From positions 10,539 to 74,538 of the forward strand of contig JBGUKN010000033.1 in the NCBI GenBank assembly GCA_045114455.1: DNA of 64,000 nt, written 5' to 3'. This stretch comes from Victivallales bacterium. GTDB lineage: Bacteria > Verrucomicrobiota > Lentisphaeria > Victivallales > UBA1829. Under the pieces are notes generated by a model that was given only the letters and a program-made list of their open reading frames with translations, searched no databases and was not told the DNA's origin. Positions within the stretch are counted from its first letter, which is position 1. Each line of letters begins with the position of its first letter. The position numbers were made by a program, and so were the translations under genes. Positions 62,033 through 64,000 of this stretch are shown in pieces.

Positions 62033-63181
62033 TCAGAAACCGCCGAATCCGCCGCCCCCGAAGCCCCCCATGCCGCCAGCTCCTCCTCCGAAACCGCCCA
62101 TGCCTCCAGCGCCACCAAATCCCCCCATGCCACCGCCGAAGTCCATGCCTCCTCCAAATCCGCCCATACCTCCACCGAAGTCCATGCCTCCTCCAAATCC
62201 GCCCATACCTCCGCCGAAGTCCATGCCCCCGAAACCTCCCATGCCGAAGCCCATATCTCCAAAGCCCCCCATGCCAAAGCCTCCCATGCCGAAGCCTCCC
62301 ATGCCGAAGCCTCCCATGCCAAAAGCCCCATTGGCCGCATTGGCGGATGTGCCCTGCATCGTGAGCTCGAGTCGTTCCTGATTGCGGGTGAGCGTGGCGG
62401 TCGAGGGAGTCACAGCCGCGAGCGTGTAACCGTTCGGGAGCGTTTCGCCTACGCGGAAATACTGCTTGTTGGAGTTGGAAGCGGTCGCTGCCGTGATGCC
62501 GTCTATGGGAAGCCCGTCACGCCCTAAAACCCGCTGTTGATTCTGGTTCTGAAGGAGCGCGATCTGCTCGTTGGCGCGGTTCAAACGCTGACGAAGCAAT
62601 TCGGTCTGCTGAGGCGTGACGTCGGAGCTCATTTGCAGGGTTTGAAGCAGGGAAGACAGCTCGGCGCGATTCTCCAGCGCTTCCTGCATCTGCTGCTCCT
62701 GTGCGGACGCAAGCTCCTCGGCGCTGAGCGTGTTGTTATTGTTCCGGTTGTTATTGTTGCGTCCGGGCTGCTGCCACATGTTCATCATCTGCATGCCGCG
62801 CTGAAGGATGATCGCCCCCACGACTTTTCCGATGGTGAACGTGCCGACGAGCGTCATGTCGCCGCGATTGACCGGCATGGCCATTGTTCTGGTATTGTTC
62901 GCAGTCGTCCTGGGAGCCCGTTCGGGATCGAAGATGTTCAGCGCCACGGTGGTCGCGACCTGATTTTCCGCAGACATGGGCGCGCTGACAAATCCCCAGG
63001 GCTGCTGCCACGGCTGCTGCGCCTGCACGATAGGGGTCGGTTGCGGCGTCGATGCGCGGCGTTCCCTTGTTGTCGTCGTGGCGAGCTTCGCTTCGATCGA
63101 AGGTTCGTTCAACCATTCGTATGCGTTGAAGCACACGAAGGCAGCAAGGATCAAGTTGGCAAAAATCAGGACGTGTCTCAT
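62033..63181 (-). CDS. Membrane-anchored GspC/PilP-like protein with Gln/Asn insert and GGF/GGM tail
   Basis: N-terminal TM; IFDPER, LVGT…GAII, FRVGETLPNGYTLAAV…TLTRN pattern. Confidence 0.55.
   Translation of the reverse strand: MRHVLIFANLILAAFVCFNAYEWLNEPSIEAKLATTTTRERRASTPQPTPIVQAQQPWQQPWGFVSAPMSAENQVATTVALNIFDPERAPRTTANNTRTMAMPVNRGDMTLVGTFTIGKVVGAIILQRGMQMMNMWQQPGRNNNNRNNNNTLSAEELASAQEQQMQEALENRAELSSLLQTLQMSSDVTPQQTELLRQRLNRANEQIALLQNQNQQRVLGRDGLPIDGITAATASNSNKQYFRVGETLPNGYTLAAVTPSTATLTRNQERLELTMQGTSANAANGAFGMGGFGMGGFGMGGFGMGGFGDMGFGMGGFGGMDFGGGMGGFGGGMDFGGGMGGFGGGMDFGGGMGGFGGAGGMGGFGGGAGGMGGFGGGGFGGF
62060..62340. repeat. Coding tandem repeats (15-bp GMGGF units and 39-bp GGMDFGGGMGGFG units)
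   Basis: CCGAAGCCTCCCATG-type 15-mers and a near-exact 39-bp duplication read directly. Confidence 0.85.
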
Positions 63182-63584
63182 TCCCGTTCTCCTTATTCAT
63201 TGGCTGGGGGCCGCACGCTCCATTTTCGCGGGGGTGAGGCAGATGCGGAAACCGCTGCGGGGTGCTGTTTGCCGCGTTCTGCCGGGAGAAGGAGATTGCC
63301 GCCGGGATGATTGATAAAATAGTAATGTTCTCTAAATCATTTAACGTTTATCGTATGGGTTTTATTGCACACGGCTGGGAAAAATGGAAGACTTTTAGTT
63401 CGCTTTGAACAATATTCGGCATTTAAATGCTAAAAAAATGAAAAGGGGACGATGTTCATGCAGATACAAAAATTCCCGAATCTTTTTTCGTGTTTTCGGC
63501 TTGAAACCATCTCGCAGGGAAACTATATTAAAGCGGTCGACAAAACACCATATTGTATTTCACACACAAAAACAGGAGGTTTTC

Positions 63585-64000
63585 ATGTTATTCCGTGCCA
63601 TGCTCGTCTTCGCGTTGTCCGCTTTTGCGGTCGTCAGCGCATCCGCCGCCGACGCGGTGAAAAAAGTCCCCGTCAAGTCCGCCCGCATCCTCGTCGCGTA
63701 TTATTCCTGGAGCGAATCCGGCAACACGAAGTATTTCGCCGAACAGATTCGGAAGGCCACCGGCGGCAAGCTCGTCGAGATTAAGCCGAAGGACGCTTAT
63801 CCGAAGGACTACAACGCCTGTCTCGCGCAGGCGCAGAAGGAGATTCAAAGCGGCATCCATCCCGAACTCGCGAACGAACCCGTCGACTTCAAGCAGTACG
63901 ACGTCATCTTCATCGGCTCCCCGAACTGGTTCGGCACGATCGCGCCCCCGGCGGCGAGTTTCCTGGCGTCCGCCGACCTCACGGGCAAGACCGTGATCCC
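63585..64000 (+). CDS. Exported flavodoxin-like protein (truncated by window end)
   Basis: AGGAGG RBS, signal peptide, YYSWSESGNT, YP.DY, FIGSPNW; promoter TTGAAA-N17-TATATT at 63501-63529. Confidence 0.85.
   Translation, partial: MLFRAMLVFALSAFAVVSASAADAVKKVPVKSARILVAYYSWSESGNTKYFAEQIRKATGGKLVEIKPKDAYPKDYNACLAQAQKEIQSGIHPELANEPVDFKQYDVIFIGSPNWFGTIAPPAASFLASADLTGKTVI

Overview
High-GC bacterial chromosome segment, probably from an anaerobic PVC-group (Lentisphaerota-like) organism; the taxonomy is my inference from gene repertoire and style, not a search result. 1-17 kb is housekeeping: GT-C-like membrane protein, thyX, Tat-exported aldo/keto reductase, parC/parE, tRNA-Thr(UGU), lpxH-coaD-yceD, MFS, RDD protein, fprA-dfx. 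17.1-29.6 kb is a compact single-strand Mu-like virion gene cluster (terminase, protease I, cement, gpT capsid, gp36, putative tail genes, 1152-aa Pmp-like fibre, PLA2-like/holin-like/lipoprotein end). It has no recognisable portal, small terminase, gpF/gpG, full tape measure, endolysin, transposase, integrase or repressor, yet the remaining ORFs look intact. 30-43.7 kb holds uvrA, yycJ-like MBL, Ser/Thr kinase, rsmB, GH27 and a DAHP synthase-prephenate dehydratase fusion. That fusion is preceded by an unannotated 21-aa leader peptide (…RFYGFFWRF…) with a full attenuator; a PheC-like gene lies divergently, then tRNA-Ala(GGC). 43.7-64 kb is a mosaic accessory region: BspA LRR, djlA, AT-rich GH5, tandem SBP, methyltransferases, a ferrosome(fez)-like P1B-6 ATPase cluster, DUF3793-flavodoxin behind a long structured leader, and three adjacent exported Gly/Phe/Met low-complexity proteins. 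No CRISPR array, rRNA, IS transposase or reverse transcriptase was seen. All family assignments are from motif recognition by eye.
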